Part shown: positions 49,299 to 59,026 of the stretch, piece by piece | How the letters are laid out: each line of letters opens with the position of its first letter | Position numbering within the stretch: position 1 is the stretch's first letter | Source: Candidatus Levyibacteriota bacterium | GTDB lineage: Bacteria > Patescibacteriota > Microgenomatia > Levybacterales > UBA12049 | Direction of reading: 5' to 3' | Assembly: GCA_038205015.1 (NCBI GenBank) | Contig: JBBRCK010000003.1 | Location: forward strand, 2,527-66,526 | Length of the DNA: 64,000 nt | Translations under genes and position numbers: made by a program | The notes under the pieces: generated by a model | Databases searched by the model: none | What the model saw: only the letters and a program-made list of their open reading frames with translations | What the model was told of the DNA's origin: nothing

Positions 49299-51053
49299 AT
49301 GAAATTTAAAGAACTTACCGACTATTTTGAAAAACTGGAAAATACCTCTTCAAGACTTGCCCTAATTGAAATTCTTTCAGAGCTTTTTAAAAAAACTCCA
49401 GCATCGGAGATTGAAATGATAACTTATTTAATTCAAGGCCGGCTGGCGCCTTTTTTTGTGCCCTTAGAGATTGGAATGGCGGAAAAAACAGTGGCGCAAT
49501 CAATTGCTAATGCTTATGGAATTAGAAGAGAGGTTGTTCTTAAGTCTTATCAGCGCTTAGGAGATATGGGAAAAGTAGCAGAAGAGTTAGGTGAAAAATC
49601 AATTCAAAAGTCAAAATTTACAGTTGGCGAAGTGTTTAAAATCTTAATTGAAATTGCCAATATGAAAGGTGAGGGAACCGTTGAAAAAAGGCAGACACTT
49701 TTATCAGATTTACTTAAGAAATTAGATTCAACATCTGCAAAGCATTTGGTTAGAATTCCACTTGGAAATACACGCCTTGGGATTGGAGATCCAACTGTAC
49801 TAGACGGGCTAGCAACGGCAAAATTAGGAGATAAATCTAAAAGAAAGCTTTTGGAAGGAGCATATAATCGAACTTCAGATTTAGGTTTAATTGCAAAAAC
49901 TTTGTGGGAAAAAGGTGTTTCGGGAGTCGAAAAATTGGAAGTAAGAGTTGGCTCTCCAATTCGCTCGGAACTTTGCGAAAGACTCCCAAACCCTGAAAAA
50001 GTAATCGAAAAAATGTCTTTCGACACCGCTCAGGATAAAGTAGGGGTTAACGTACAATTAAAATTTGACGGGTTCAGGGTCCAGATTCACAAAGACGGAG
50101 GAATTATTAGAATGTTCTCCAGAAATTTGGAGGAAATGACTCACATGTTTCCGGAATTAACCCAAGCCGCCAAAAAGCAAATTAAGGCAAAAACAGTTAT
50201 TCTGGATTCCGAAGCGCTGGCTTACAATCCCGAGTCGGAAGAATTTCTACCGTTTCAGGAAACAACAAAAAGAAGAAGAAAGCACGGCATTGAAGAAATG
50301 GTAAAAACCCTTCCTTTAAAAGCATTTGTTTTTGACATTTTATATAAAGACGGAAAACAATTGCTGGACGAGCCACTTAGAAAAAGAATGGAGATTTTAA
50401 AAGAAACCATTACCGAAGATGATGTTTTGATAAGAACAGAAAACCAAACCGTAAAAGATGCAAAAGAACTGGGAATTTTATTGGAAGATGCAATTTCCAA
50501 GGGCTTGGAGGGGTTGGTTATAAAACGCTTGGAAAGCCCCTACGAAGCGGGTGGTAGGAACTTTAACTGGGTCAAGCTAAAACGACACTCATCCGGAGAG
50601 TTAAACGATACAATTGACTGTGTGGTCTTAGGATACATATCAGGAAAAGGTAAAAGAACGGCTTTTGGAGCAGGAGCCTTACTGGTGGGAGTTTATGATA
50701 AGAAATTAGATGAATTTGTAACGGTTAGTAAGATCGGTACCGGCTTAACCGATGAAGAATGGAGAGAGATTCACAAAAGAGCAGATAAAATAAGTTTGGA
50801 ACATAAGCCGGCAAGAGTAAGTTCCTCAATCATTCCTTCAGTTTGGATTAAACCTGAAATTGTAATTGAAGTTTTGGCAGATGAAATAACGCGTTCTCCA
50901 ATTCATACTGCAGGAAAAATAGATAAAGAATCAGGATACGCGCTTAGATTTCCTAGACTAGTATCATTTCGCTCGTTGGATAAAAAAGCGGAAGATGCAA
51001 CGTCAGTTGAGGAATTAATTGAAATGTATAAGCTGCAGGGAAAACAAGATTAA
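49299..51053 (+). CDS. lig: ATP-dependent DNA ligase with N-terminal DNA-binding domain
   Basis: KFDGFR, EGLVIK, WVKLK, ALRFPR. Confidence 0.95.
   Translation: MKFKELTDYFEKLENTSSRLALIEILSELFKKTPASEIEMITYLIQGRLAPFFVPLEIGMAEKTVAQSIANAYGIRREVVLKSYQRLGDMGKVAEELGEKSIQKSKFTVGEVFKILIEIANMKGEGTVEKRQTLLSDLLKKLDSTSAKHLVRIPLGNTRLGIGDPTVLDGLATAKLGDKSKRKLLEGAYNRTSDLGLIAKTLWEKGVSGVEKLEVRVGSPIRSELCERLPNPEKVIEKMSFDTAQDKVGVNVQLKFDGFRVQIHKDGGIIRMFSRNLEEMTHMFPELTQAAKKQIKAKTVILDSEALAYNPESEEFLPFQETTKRRRKHGIEEMVKTLPLKAFVFDILYKDGKQLLDEPLRKRMEILKETITEDDVLIRTENQTVKDAKELGILLEDAISKGLEGLVIKRLESPYEAGGRNFNWVKLKRHSSGELNDTIDCVVLGYISGKGKRTAFGAGALLVGVYDKKLDEFVTVSKIGTGLTDEEWREIHKRADKISLEHKPARVSSSIIPSVWIKPEIVIEVLADEITRSPIHTAGKIDKESGYALRFPRLVSFRSLDKKAEDATSVEELIEMYKLQGKQD
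50016..50039 (+). repeat. Putative in-frame repeat remnant (SFDTAQDK) in the ligase
   Basis: TCTTTCGACACCGCTCAGGATAAA resembles the recalled CTTCGACNNNGCTCAGG repeat family. Confidence 0.55.
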
Positions 51054-51337
51054 GATATTTGGAATAAAACTTTAGCTACAGCAGAAAATTTCTTTTTCAA
51101 ACTGGGTTTTGTAATCCGATCAATTTCTTCAGTAGGTTTTGAATCAAAAATTGCAATTTTTCCATCCATATGCCATGTTCCAATTGGAGTAACTACTCTT
51201 CCTATTTCTTCTAGGTCAGGTGGGGTAGTGAGCATCATTTTATTAATTTCTTTTTGAGAATAAAGCTTTGGTTTCTCAGCAGTTTGAGTTCTGGGAATAA
51301 TTCTTCCAATATCTAATCCGTGTTCAGCAATTGCCAT
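51050..51337 (-). CDS. Hypothetical protein
   Basis: 95-aa ORF filling the intergenic space. Confidence 0.55.
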   Translation of the reverse strand: MAIAEHGLDIGRIIPRTQTAEKPKLYSQKEINKMMLTTPPDLEEIGRVVTPIGTWHMDGKIAIFDSKPTEEIDRITKPSLKKKFSAVAKVLFQIS

Positions 51338-51414
51338 AAAATAAATTCATTTTAATTGTATTCCTTTAAGACAAGATTTGTCTAGACTTTTTTTATTTGT
51401 GTTAAAATGGCCGT

Positions 51415-52740
51415 ATGGATTTCGTTGCTGATTTGCATCTTCACTCCAAATACTCCCGTGCTGTTTCTCCCCAGATGAATTTATTAAATATGGATTTATG
51501 GGCTAAAAAGAAGGGATTAGATATTCTTTCAACAACCGACTGGACACACCCTTTATGGCTGAGAGAAATTCAACGAGAATTAGTTGAGGATGCAAAAGGA
51601 CTATTTAAATTAAAAAATCAAAAAAAATCCAAAACAAGATTTTTATTATCAGTTGAAGTTTCCAGTATATATACTCAAGGAGGAAGGGGAAGAAGAATCC
51701 ACAATTTAATTTTTTCACCAAGTTTTGTAACCTGTGAAAAAATTAACAAAGAATTAATCAAAAGAGGTTGTAATTTAGGATCAGATGGAAGGCCAATTAT
51801 TGGCTTATCTTCAATTGCTTTGGTAGAAATGGTTTTATCTATTGATAGCAAGGCTTTAATTATTCCCTGCCATGCTTGGACACCCTGGTTTTCTTTGTAT
51901 GGCTCAAATTCCGGCTTTGATTCAATCGAAGAATGCTTTGGAGAATATGCAAAATATATTTACGCTGTAGAGACAGGGTTATCGTCCGACCCTTATATGA
52001 ATTGGCAGATTAAAGAGTTAGATAACCTTTCAATTTTATCTAATTCCGATGCTCATTCAATGGCAAAAATGGGAAGAGAAGCGACTGTTTTTAAAACTAC
52101 AAAAAACAAAATTTCCTACGACGACATTGCTTCTGCAATCAAAAGAGAGAATAAGGGAACGGAAATTTTTTATACCATAGAGTTTTATCCTGAAGAGGGG
52201 AAATACCACTATACCGGCCATAGAAACTGCAATTTTGTGCAGGATCCAAGCCAAACCAAAGAAAAAGGGAGTATTTGTCCGGTTTGCCACCGGTCCTTAA
52301 CGGTTGGCGTGATGCACCGGGTTGAGGAGTTGGCAAGAGGCAGTTTTCCTAAAGAGGTTTCAACAATTAATCAAAACGGCGTTAAATGGATTGTTGATCC
52401 ATCTAAAAAGCATCCTCCGTTTGTAAAATTGGTTCCATTAAATGAAATTATCGCCGAAAGTCTTTCGTCAACGGTTGCAAGCTTAAAAGTAAAAACTTTA
52501 TTTGATGATTTATGTAAAGAGTTTGGTAGCGAATTAGATATCCTACTAAAAACTCCAATCTCTGATATCGAAAAATTTGCTGGTCCAAGAGTTGCTGAGG
52601 GAGTGGGGAAGGTAAGAAAGGGAGATATTGTAATACTGCCGGGCTTTGACGGACAGTATGGAGTTGTAAAAATCTGGGATGATAAAAAGATTTCGGAGAA
52701 ATCCCAAGAAACAAAAACCCAGTTGGGAATTGACTTTTAA
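51415..52740 (+). CDS. PHP-domain nuclease, endonuclease Q-like
   Basis: ADLHLHSKYS, HAWTP, ETGLSSD, NSDAHS, GKYH..GHR.C, CPVC. Confidence 0.88.
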   Translation: MDFVADLHLHSKYSRAVSPQMNLLNMDLWAKKKGLDILSTTDWTHPLWLREIQRELVEDAKGLFKLKNQKKSKTRFLLSVEVSSIYTQGGRGRRIHNLIFSPSFVTCEKINKELIKRGCNLGSDGRPIIGLSSIALVEMVLSIDSKALIIPCHAWTPWFSLYGSNSGFDSIEECFGEYAKYIYAVETGLSSDPYMNWQIKELDNLSILSNSDAHSMAKMGREATVFKTTKNKISYDDIASAIKRENKGTEIFYTIEFYPEEGKYHYTGHRNCNFVQDPSQTKEKGSICPVCHRSLTVGVMHRVEELARGSFPKEVSTINQNGVKWIVDPSKKHPPFVKLVPLNEIIAESLSSTVASLKVKTLFDDLCKEFGSELDILLKTPISDIEKFAGPRVAEGVGKVRKGDIVILPGFDGQYGVVKIWDDKKISEKSQETKTQLGIDF

Positions 52741-52785
52741 TTTTAGTAAAGATACATTTAACTTATATAGGAAAGGAGGTGAAAA

Positions 52786-53232
52786 ATGAATTATTTAAAT
52801 CAACTTACAAAAGCCCTCGATGAAAATTATAAAAAACTTCCCGTACTTCCTAAAGGAGTAAATGAGTTTATAGTCAGTGTTGCCCCTTGGTTAGCATTGG
52901 TATTTGGAGTATTGGCAATAGTTACGGGTTTGGGAGCGTTTGGTTTGTTAACAGCACTTTCTCCTGTTGCAATGTATGCAGGTGCCGGAGGATATGCTTT
53001 TACAGGACTTTTAGCAGCAGTAGTACTTTTGCTACAAGGTGTTGTAGAGCTTTTAGCCTTTCCGGGACTTAAAGCAAGGAAAGTAAAAGGGTGGAACTTA
53101 ATGTTTTATAGCCTTCTTTTAAGTGTATTAAGTTCTGTAGTTGCTCTTAGCGTTGGAAGCGTGGTTGGAGCAGTCGTAGGCTTTTTAATAGGTTATTATT
53201 TCTTGTATCAAGTAAAATCTTATTATAAATAG
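52786..53232 (+). CDS. Membrane protein
   Basis: Four TMs; strong SD aggaggtg. Confidence 0.8.
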   Translation: MNYLNQLTKALDENYKKLPVLPKGVNEFIVSVAPWLALVFGVLAIVTGLGAFGLLTALSPVAMYAGAGGYAFTGLLAAVVLLLQGVVELLAFPGLKARKVKGWNLMFYSLLLSVLSSVVALSVGSVVGAVVGFLIGYYFLYQVKSYYK

Positions 53233-53253
53233 GCCTTGATGTAAGATAATTGT

Positions 53254-53289
53254 AAAAATATATACTAGTTTATATTAGTATATATTTTT
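53254..53289 (+). terminator. AT-rich hairpin, possible terminator
   Basis: AAAAATATATACTAG / TTAGTATATATTTTT. Confidence 0.55.
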
Positions 53290-53334
53290 ATATTGTAATA
53301 AAGGCTTGATTAAAAGTGGTAAAATAGCATAAAT

Positions 53335-53943
53335 ATGAAATTGATTGTAGGACTTGGTAACCCCGGAGAAGAACACGCAAAAACAAGACATAATCTCGGT
53401 TTTATGGTACTTGATGCCTTATTTAAAGACTATGCCACCCCAAAAGACTCATTTAGAGAAGAGAAGAAGTTTAAGGCAGAAATTGCGGAAATAGTCTGGC
53501 AGCCTAAAAAAGGAAAGATGGAAAAAGTAATTCTGGTAAAACCTACAACTTTTATGAACGGGTCGGGAATTTCAACTTCTTTAATTGCAAAGTTTTATAA
53601 AATCCAAGCCCAAGATGTTTGGGTTGTTCACGATGAAATTGATTTGCCGCTGGGTGGAATGAAGATAAGAATAGGGGGTTCTTCGGCGGGACATAAGGGA
53701 GTAGAGTCGATTTTACAAAAACTAGGAACGGAAAAATTCTGGAGATTTAGAATGGGAATTGGTCCTCAAAAAAGTAAGGTTGAAGGAAAAAGATTAAAAC
53801 CAATTGATAATTTTGTTTTAGGAGGATTTAGTGAAAGTGAAAAAGGAAAACTTAGAGAAATAATAAAAAGAGGCGTAAAAGCAATCGAAGATGCCTTGGA
53901 GGAAGGAATGGAAAGATCCATGAACCGCTTTAATACTAAATGA
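53335..53943 (+). CDS. pth: Peptidyl-tRNA hydrolase
   Basis: VGLGNPG, TRHN.GF, KP.TFMN, HD, GHKG. Confidence 0.96.
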   Translation: MKLIVGLGNPGEEHAKTRHNLGFMVLDALFKDYATPKDSFREEKKFKAEIAEIVWQPKKGKMEKVILVKPTTFMNGSGISTSLIAKFYKIQAQDVWVVHDEIDLPLGGMKIRIGGSSAGHKGVESILQKLGTEKFWRFRMGIGPQKSKVEGKRLKPIDNFVLGGFSESEKGKLREIIKRGVKAIEDALEEGMERSMNRFNTK

Positions 53944-54206
53944 AAAAAGTCTCCCAAATCTTAAAAGATTTTAATCCCACCAAAGATAAATATATTTCCC
54001 GGGATTTTCAGGCGCTTGGAATTCATCTGGCAGAAGAAATGGATGATTATAAAAATAGGGGAATGTGGATTAAGTTGGCAAAAACTAACCACAGGGCTAT
54101 TTTAGAACAAGCGCTGTCTTTTGTGTCGGACAGTAAAGCTGATAATAAGATTGGTTTATTTTTATGGAAGTTAAAACAGTTAAAAACTTTAAAAAAAGTT
54201 AAATAA
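53940..54206 (+). CDS. Hypothetical protein
   Basis: 88-aa ORF overlapping the pth stop. Confidence 0.7.
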   Translation: MKKVSQILKDFNPTKDKYISRDFQALGIHLAEEMDDYKNRGMWIKLAKTNHRAILEQALSFVSDSKADNKIGLFLWKLKQLKTLKKVK

Positions 54207-54207
54207 A

Positions 54208-54474
54208 ATGCAAGCAAAAATTTATATACTGGGTTTTGTTCAGGGTGTCGGATTTAGACGGTTTGTTAAAAAAAATGGGTTAAAGCTTGGGCTTAAGGGA
54301 TTTGTTAGAAACTTAGATGATGGACGAGTTGAAGCTGTTATTCAGGGTTCTAAGACAGAGATTGAGAAACTCATTAAGATAATTGAGAAGGGAACATTTT
54401 TTTCCGACGTTAAATCGGTTGACGTAAATTGGGAGGAGGAGGATATCTTAAGTGATTTCCAGATTCTTAAGTGA
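54208..54474 (+). CDS. acyP: Acylphosphatase
   Basis: G.VQGVGFR, GFVRNL.DGRVE. Confidence 0.95.
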   Translation: MQAKIYILGFVQGVGFRRFVKKNGLKLGLKGFVRNLDDGRVEAVIQGSKTEIEKLIKIIEKGTFFSDVKSVDVNWEEEDILSDFQILK

Positions 54475-54492
54475 TATAATTTTACTCTATCT

Positions 54493-55242
54493 ATGTTTGT
54501 AAGTATTTTATTTTTTACATTTTTAGCATCGATTGTCTCTTTACTTTTGGTTTCAGCACTTTTATTAAAAGAAAAGTTTATACACCGTTTTTCTTTTTCT
54601 CTTGTTGCTTTTGCGGCCGGGGCATTACTGGCAACAGCTTTTTTAGACACATTTAAAGAAGCAATAAAAATAGCGGGAGATTCTGTTTTTCTATGGGTAG
54701 CTCTTTCTTTCGCTGGCTTTTTTATAATAGAAAGACTTTTTGTTTTCATACATCATCATGATGAAGATACTGCTTTCGGTAAAGAGACGGAGTTTAAAAT
54801 TTCAACACCCTTTCTTCTTTTCGGAGACGGTTTACATAACTTCATAGATGGAGCATCTATCGCAGCAAGCTTTTTAGTAAGTTTTCCCTTAGGAGTTGTA
54901 ACGAGTATAACTGTATTTATTCACGAAATTCCTCATGAGCTTGGGGATTTTGGTATATTAATTCATAAAGGATGGGGAAGAAAAAAAGTTTTATGGTTTA
55001 ATATCTTAACGGGATTTACTGCTATCTTTGGAGCTGTTTTAGCTTTTTATCTTGGGAACATTTTTGATAAAGCAGTTCCTTTTCTTCTTGCAATAACAAC
55101 CGGAAATTTTCTTTATCTATCCGCAACCAACCTTGTTCCTGAAATTCACAATAAAGCAAAGCAAAGTCTTGCTATAAAGGAATCTTTTTTCTTTATTTTG
55201 GGGATTCTTCTAATTGCTTTTCTTATTCAAATATTAGGATAG
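54493..55242 (+). CDS. ZIP family metal transporter
   Basis: HHH loop, DGLHNFIDG, HEIPHELGD. Confidence 0.93.
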   Translation: MFVSILFFTFLASIVSLLLVSALLLKEKFIHRFSFSLVAFAAGALLATAFLDTFKEAIKIAGDSVFLWVALSFAGFFIIERLFVFIHHHDEDTAFGKETEFKISTPFLLFGDGLHNFIDGASIAASFLVSFPLGVVTSITVFIHEIPHELGDFGILIHKGWGRKKVLWFNILTGFTAIFGAVLAFYLGNIFDKAVPFLLAITTGNFLYLSATNLVPEIHNKAKQSLAIKESFFFILGILLIAFLIQILG

Positions 55243-55782
55243 CTATTTAATTTTACAAACTACTTTTTGGTGGTAATTTTTAAAAGAATACCAAAAAGAA
55301 AAAGCCAAAAGCCCAATTACCAAAAGATGAACTTCTAGTCCTCCAAAAGGAAGAAAAGATAATGCTCCGGCCAGTCCTAATAGTGAAAGTAGAGAAAAAC
55401 CACAAGAACAGCTTCCTGCAACCATTATTCCTAATGCTGTTATCCCACCAATAGTAAGAGTTATTTTACCGCCTGCTTCTTTAAGATTTTTAAGTGTTTT
55501 AACAAGTATAAGTAAATTAGCGCCTACTAAAAGTGAAGAAATGATTAATAGCATAAAGTCTCTTTGTCCCAAGGCAGAATATGCCCCAATAATTAATTCT
55601 TTTAAAAGGGTAAGTTTAAATAGAAGCGGTCCATCACCCAAGATAAATGCCTGAATCAATCGATAATTAATAATTAAAACCGACAAACAATAATAAATGA
55701 AAGAGGTAAAAAGTATGATTAAAAGGGAAGAGGGGTTTAAAAAGTTGTTCTTAAAAGTTTCCTTAAGAGTGGGAAGGGCCAT
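55243..55782 (-). CDS. Membrane protein with GSCSCG motif
   Basis: About four TMs; directly downstream of dsbA-like gene. Confidence 0.7.
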   Translation of the reverse strand: MALPTLKETFKNNFLNPSSLLIILFTSFIYYCLSVLIINYRLIQAFILGDGPLLFKLTLLKELIIGAYSALGQRDFMLLIISSLLVGANLLILVKTLKNLKEAGGKITLTIGGITALGIMVAGSCSCGFSLLSLLGLAGALSFLPFGGLEVHLLVIGLLAFSFWYSFKNYHQKVVCKIK

Positions 55783-55783
55783 T

Positions 55784-56566
55784 TTATTTTGCTAGTTCTT
55801 TATCGATAATTGTTTTAAAGGCAGAGTAGGGCTGTGCTCCGACAACTGCGATACCATTTATAAATATTGTTGGTGTTCCGGAAACGCCTGCCGCTTGACC
55901 ATCAGCTAAATCCTTGCTGACATCGGCATTAAACTTTTTACTTGATAAACAGGTTTTAAATTGATCACCATTTAGCCCAAGATTTACAGCTACTTGAGTT
56001 AATCCGTCGGTGTTATACATTGATGTATCGGATTCGGATGGCTGGTTTTTATAAAGATAATCATGATATTCCCAGAATTTTCCCTGGTCATTTGCGCAAG
56101 CCACGGCATTTGAAGCAACAACTGAGGCATCTCCTAAGAATGCGAAATCTCTAAAATATAATTTAACTTTTCCCGTATCTACATAGTCTTTAATTAATTG
56201 AGATTCGCTATCTGTAAAAAACTTTTCGCAGAAAGGGCATCGGTAATCTGCAAATTGTACAACTGTAACTTTTGCATCTGCTTTTCCAAGAAAGGGCATT
56301 TTGCCGACTCCAACGTCTACTTTTTGCCCGTCGGTTAATCCTTGTTGTTGTGAGGGTTGTGCGGCGGCCGGTGCGGCGGCTTGGTTATTTAAGGCTTGCC
56401 CTTTTTCTAAATATTGAATTTTTGTGACTAATACACCGATTAAAAAAGCAGCAATTACTAAAAGAAAGACTAAGGCTTGAGTGGTGGTTAATTTTTTAAG
56501 CAAATTAAACAAGGAGTTTACGAGTTGGTTAGCTTTTTTAACTATCGGAACGTTATTTTTTGCCAT
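55784..56566 (-). CDS. DsbA-family thiol-disulfide oxidoreductase, membrane anchored
   Basis: DYRCPFC, GVSGTP. Confidence 0.92.
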   Translation of the reverse strand: MAKNNVPIVKKANQLVNSLFNLLKKLTTTQALVFLLVIAAFLIGVLVTKIQYLEKGQALNNQAAAPAAAQPSQQQGLTDGQKVDVGVGKMPFLGKADAKVTVVQFADYRCPFCEKFFTDSESQLIKDYVDTGKVKLYFRDFAFLGDASVVASNAVACANDQGKFWEYHDYLYKNQPSESDTSMYNTDGLTQVAVNLGLNGDQFKTCLSSKKFNADVSKDLADGQAAGVSGTPTIFINGIAVVGAQPYSAFKTIIDKELAK

Positions 56567-56665
56567 AGCGTTATTCTATATTTTTTAAAAAACTCATGTC
56601 AAGAGTTAAAATACAGTTGACAGATTTTAATATTATAGTATAAGCTTTGCTAAGAAATAGCTTCT

Positions 56666-57670
56666 ATGGCAAAAATTGTTTTTTTTGATACAGAAAAATG
56701 GGAAGAAGAGTATGTAAAGAATGCTCTTTTGGGACTTGATGCAATATTAACCAGCGAAAAGCTTGATGAAACTACTTTTTCCAAATACCAAGATGCAGAA
56801 ATTATTTCCTGTTTTATTTATAGTAAGCTCACCAAAAATATTTTAGAAAAACTTCCTAATTTGAAATTTATTGCTACCCGTTCGATGGGGTATGACCATA
56901 TTGATTTAGAATACTGTAAATTAAAGGGAATAATGGTTGCAAATGTTCCAAAATATGGTGCGCATACTGTTGCAGAGCATACCTTTGCTTTAATTTTGGC
57001 AATTTCTAGAAAAATTGTTCCAAGTGTTGAACAGGCTAGAAGAGGAGATTTCTCAAGTACCGGACTTGAAGGATTTGATTTAAGCGGGAAGACGTTGGGA
57101 GTAATTGGAACGGGGAATATTGGAGTAAATGTTTGCAATCTGGGCTTGTCGTTTGGGATGAGTGTACTGGCATATAATAGAAGTCAAAATCCGGAACTGG
57201 TTTCGAAGGGAGTTAAGTATGTTTCTTTAGATGAATTATTGGCCGGCTCTGACATAATTACGCTTCATCTTCCACATACCAAAGAAACTGAGCACATTAT
57301 TAATCTTTCAAATTTAGACAAAATTAAAAAAGGAGCGGTTTTAATCAATACGGCAAGGGGTTCTTTGGTTGAAACTCAAGCGATTGCCGAGGGTTTAGAA
57401 AAGGGGATTTTATCCGCCGCAGGACTGGATGTCTTAGAAGAGGAAGCACATCTAAGGGAAGAAAAGGAATTTTTGTCCGAAGAGTATCTTAAAAACATCG
57501 ATATTAAGACACAACTTATTAATCATGTTTTGTTAACAAGAGATGATGTCGTAATCACTCCTCATAACGCATTTAATAGTAAAGAAGCAGTGGAAGAGAT
57601 AATGGAGACTTCAGTTTACAATATTAAAAACTTTGCTGCAGGTACTCCTAGTAATATTGTTGGACAATAA
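56666..57670 (+). CDS. D-2-hydroxyacid (D-lactate-like) dehydrogenase
   Basis: GVIGTGNIG, INTARG, LDV.E.E, TPHNAF. Confidence 0.92.
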   Translation: MAKIVFFDTEKWEEEYVKNALLGLDAILTSEKLDETTFSKYQDAEIISCFIYSKLTKNILEKLPNLKFIATRSMGYDHIDLEYCKLKGIMVANVPKYGAHTVAEHTFALILAISRKIVPSVEQARRGDFSSTGLEGFDLSGKTLGVIGTGNIGVNVCNLGLSFGMSVLAYNRSQNPELVSKGVKYVSLDELLAGSDIITLHLPHTKETEHIINLSNLDKIKKGAVLINTARGSLVETQAIAEGLEKGILSAAGLDVLEEEAHLREEKEFLSEEYLKNIDIKTQLINHVLLTRDDVVITPHNAFNSKEAVEEIMETSVYNIKNFAAGTPSNIVGQ

Positions 57671-57756
57671 ATTTGTTCAACAGAAATCTTAATTGAATAA
57701 ATAATTACGGGTTGACTTAAACCTCTCGTTTCTGTATTTTAGATAGGGAGGTAAAT

Positions 57757-58083
57757 ATGGCAGATATAAATTTTACAGATCAAAATTTCCAACAAGAAGT
57801 CTTGGAATCAAAATCGCCGGTTTTGGTTGATTTTTGGGCAGAGTGGTGTGCTCCTTGTCGAATTGTTTCTCCGATAGTTGATGAATTGGCAACAGAATAT
57901 GGAGAAAAATTAAAAGTAGGAAAGTTAAACGTTGATGAAAGCGGTAAGACAGCACAAAGCTATGGAGTAATGAGTATTCCAAGTCTTTTAGTCTTTAAAG
58001 ATGGAAAAGTTATTAAAACCATGATTGGAGCTCAAAGCAAAGATAATTTTAAAAGAGAAATAGACAGTGTTTTAGGCGCTTAA
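57757..58083 (+). CDS. trxA: Thioredoxin
   Basis: WCAPC; SD gggagg. Confidence 0.96.
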   Translation: MADINFTDQNFQQEVLESKSPVLVDFWAEWCAPCRIVSPIVDELATEYGEKLKVGKLNVDESGKTAQSYGVMSIPSLLVFKDGKVIKTMIGAQSKDNFKREIDSVLGA

Positions 58084-58093
58084 ATTCTTCAAA

Positions 58094-59005
58094 ATGATTT
58101 ACGACGTAATAATTATTGGCAGTGGTCCTGCAGGCTTAACCGCAGCAATTTATACAACCCGAGCAGATTTAAAAACTCTACTTGTTGCCGGTGGAAAATG
58201 GGGAGGACAGTTAATGCTGACAACTTTGGTTGAAAATTTTCCCGGTTTTCCCGAAGGCATTCAGGGACCGGATTTAATGTCCAATATGCGAAAACAAGCT
58301 GAGCATTTTGGGACAGAATTTATTGATGAAGATTTTGTTTCTGCAGATTTCTCCACGAAACCCTTTAAAATAACCGTCTCGGATAAAACCTACGAAGCAG
58401 AATCAGTAATTATTGCAACAGGAGCCGATACAAAATGGTTGGGCGTTAAGGGTGAGTCGGAAAAAATTGGCAGAGGAGTTTCAAGTTGCGCGCCCTGCGA
58501 CGGGGTCTTTTTTAGAAACAAAAATGTAATTGTTGTTGGTGGAGGAGATTCTGCGATGGAGGAAGCATTGGTGTTAACTAAGTTTGCAACTTCAGTGACT
58601 TTAGTTCATCGAAAAGATTCTTTTAAAGCCTCGGAAATAATGCAAAAAAGAGTGAGAGAAAATCCCAAAATTAAAATAATGTTTAATTCAGAGGTTGTAG
58701 AGGTTTTGGGTGATACAAATGTAACAGGAGTTAAGGTTAAGAATAATTTAACTGATAAAGAAGAAGAAATGTCAATTGATGGAATTTTTGTAGCTGTGGG
58801 GCATATGCCAAATACCTCAAGACTTAAGGATATAGAGTTAGACGAAGCCGGTTTTATAAAAGTTCACGATCATTTTTTAACTAATAAAGAGGGCGTTTTT
58901 GTGGCTGGAGATGTGCATGATTCTCATTACAAACAAGCAATCACCGCCGCCGGATATGGTTGTGCCGCTGCGTTAGAAGCGCAAAAGTGGCTTGAGGAGA
59001 AGTAA
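58094..59005 (+). CDS. trxB: Thioredoxin reductase
   Basis: GSGPAG, CAPCDG, GGGDSA.EE, QAITAA. Confidence 0.96.
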   Translation: MIYDVIIIGSGPAGLTAAIYTTRADLKTLLVAGGKWGGQLMLTTLVENFPGFPEGIQGPDLMSNMRKQAEHFGTEFIDEDFVSADFSTKPFKITVSDKTYEAESVIIATGADTKWLGVKGESEKIGRGVSSCAPCDGVFFRNKNVIVVGGGDSAMEEALVLTKFATSVTLVHRKDSFKASEIMQKRVRENPKIKIMFNSEVVEVLGDTNVTGVKVKNNLTDKEEEMSIDGIFVAVGHMPNTSRLKDIELDEAGFIKVHDHFLTNKEGVFVAGDVHDSHYKQAITAAGYGCAAALEAQKWLEEK

Positions 59006-59026
59006 CGATACCTCTATAATAAGTTT

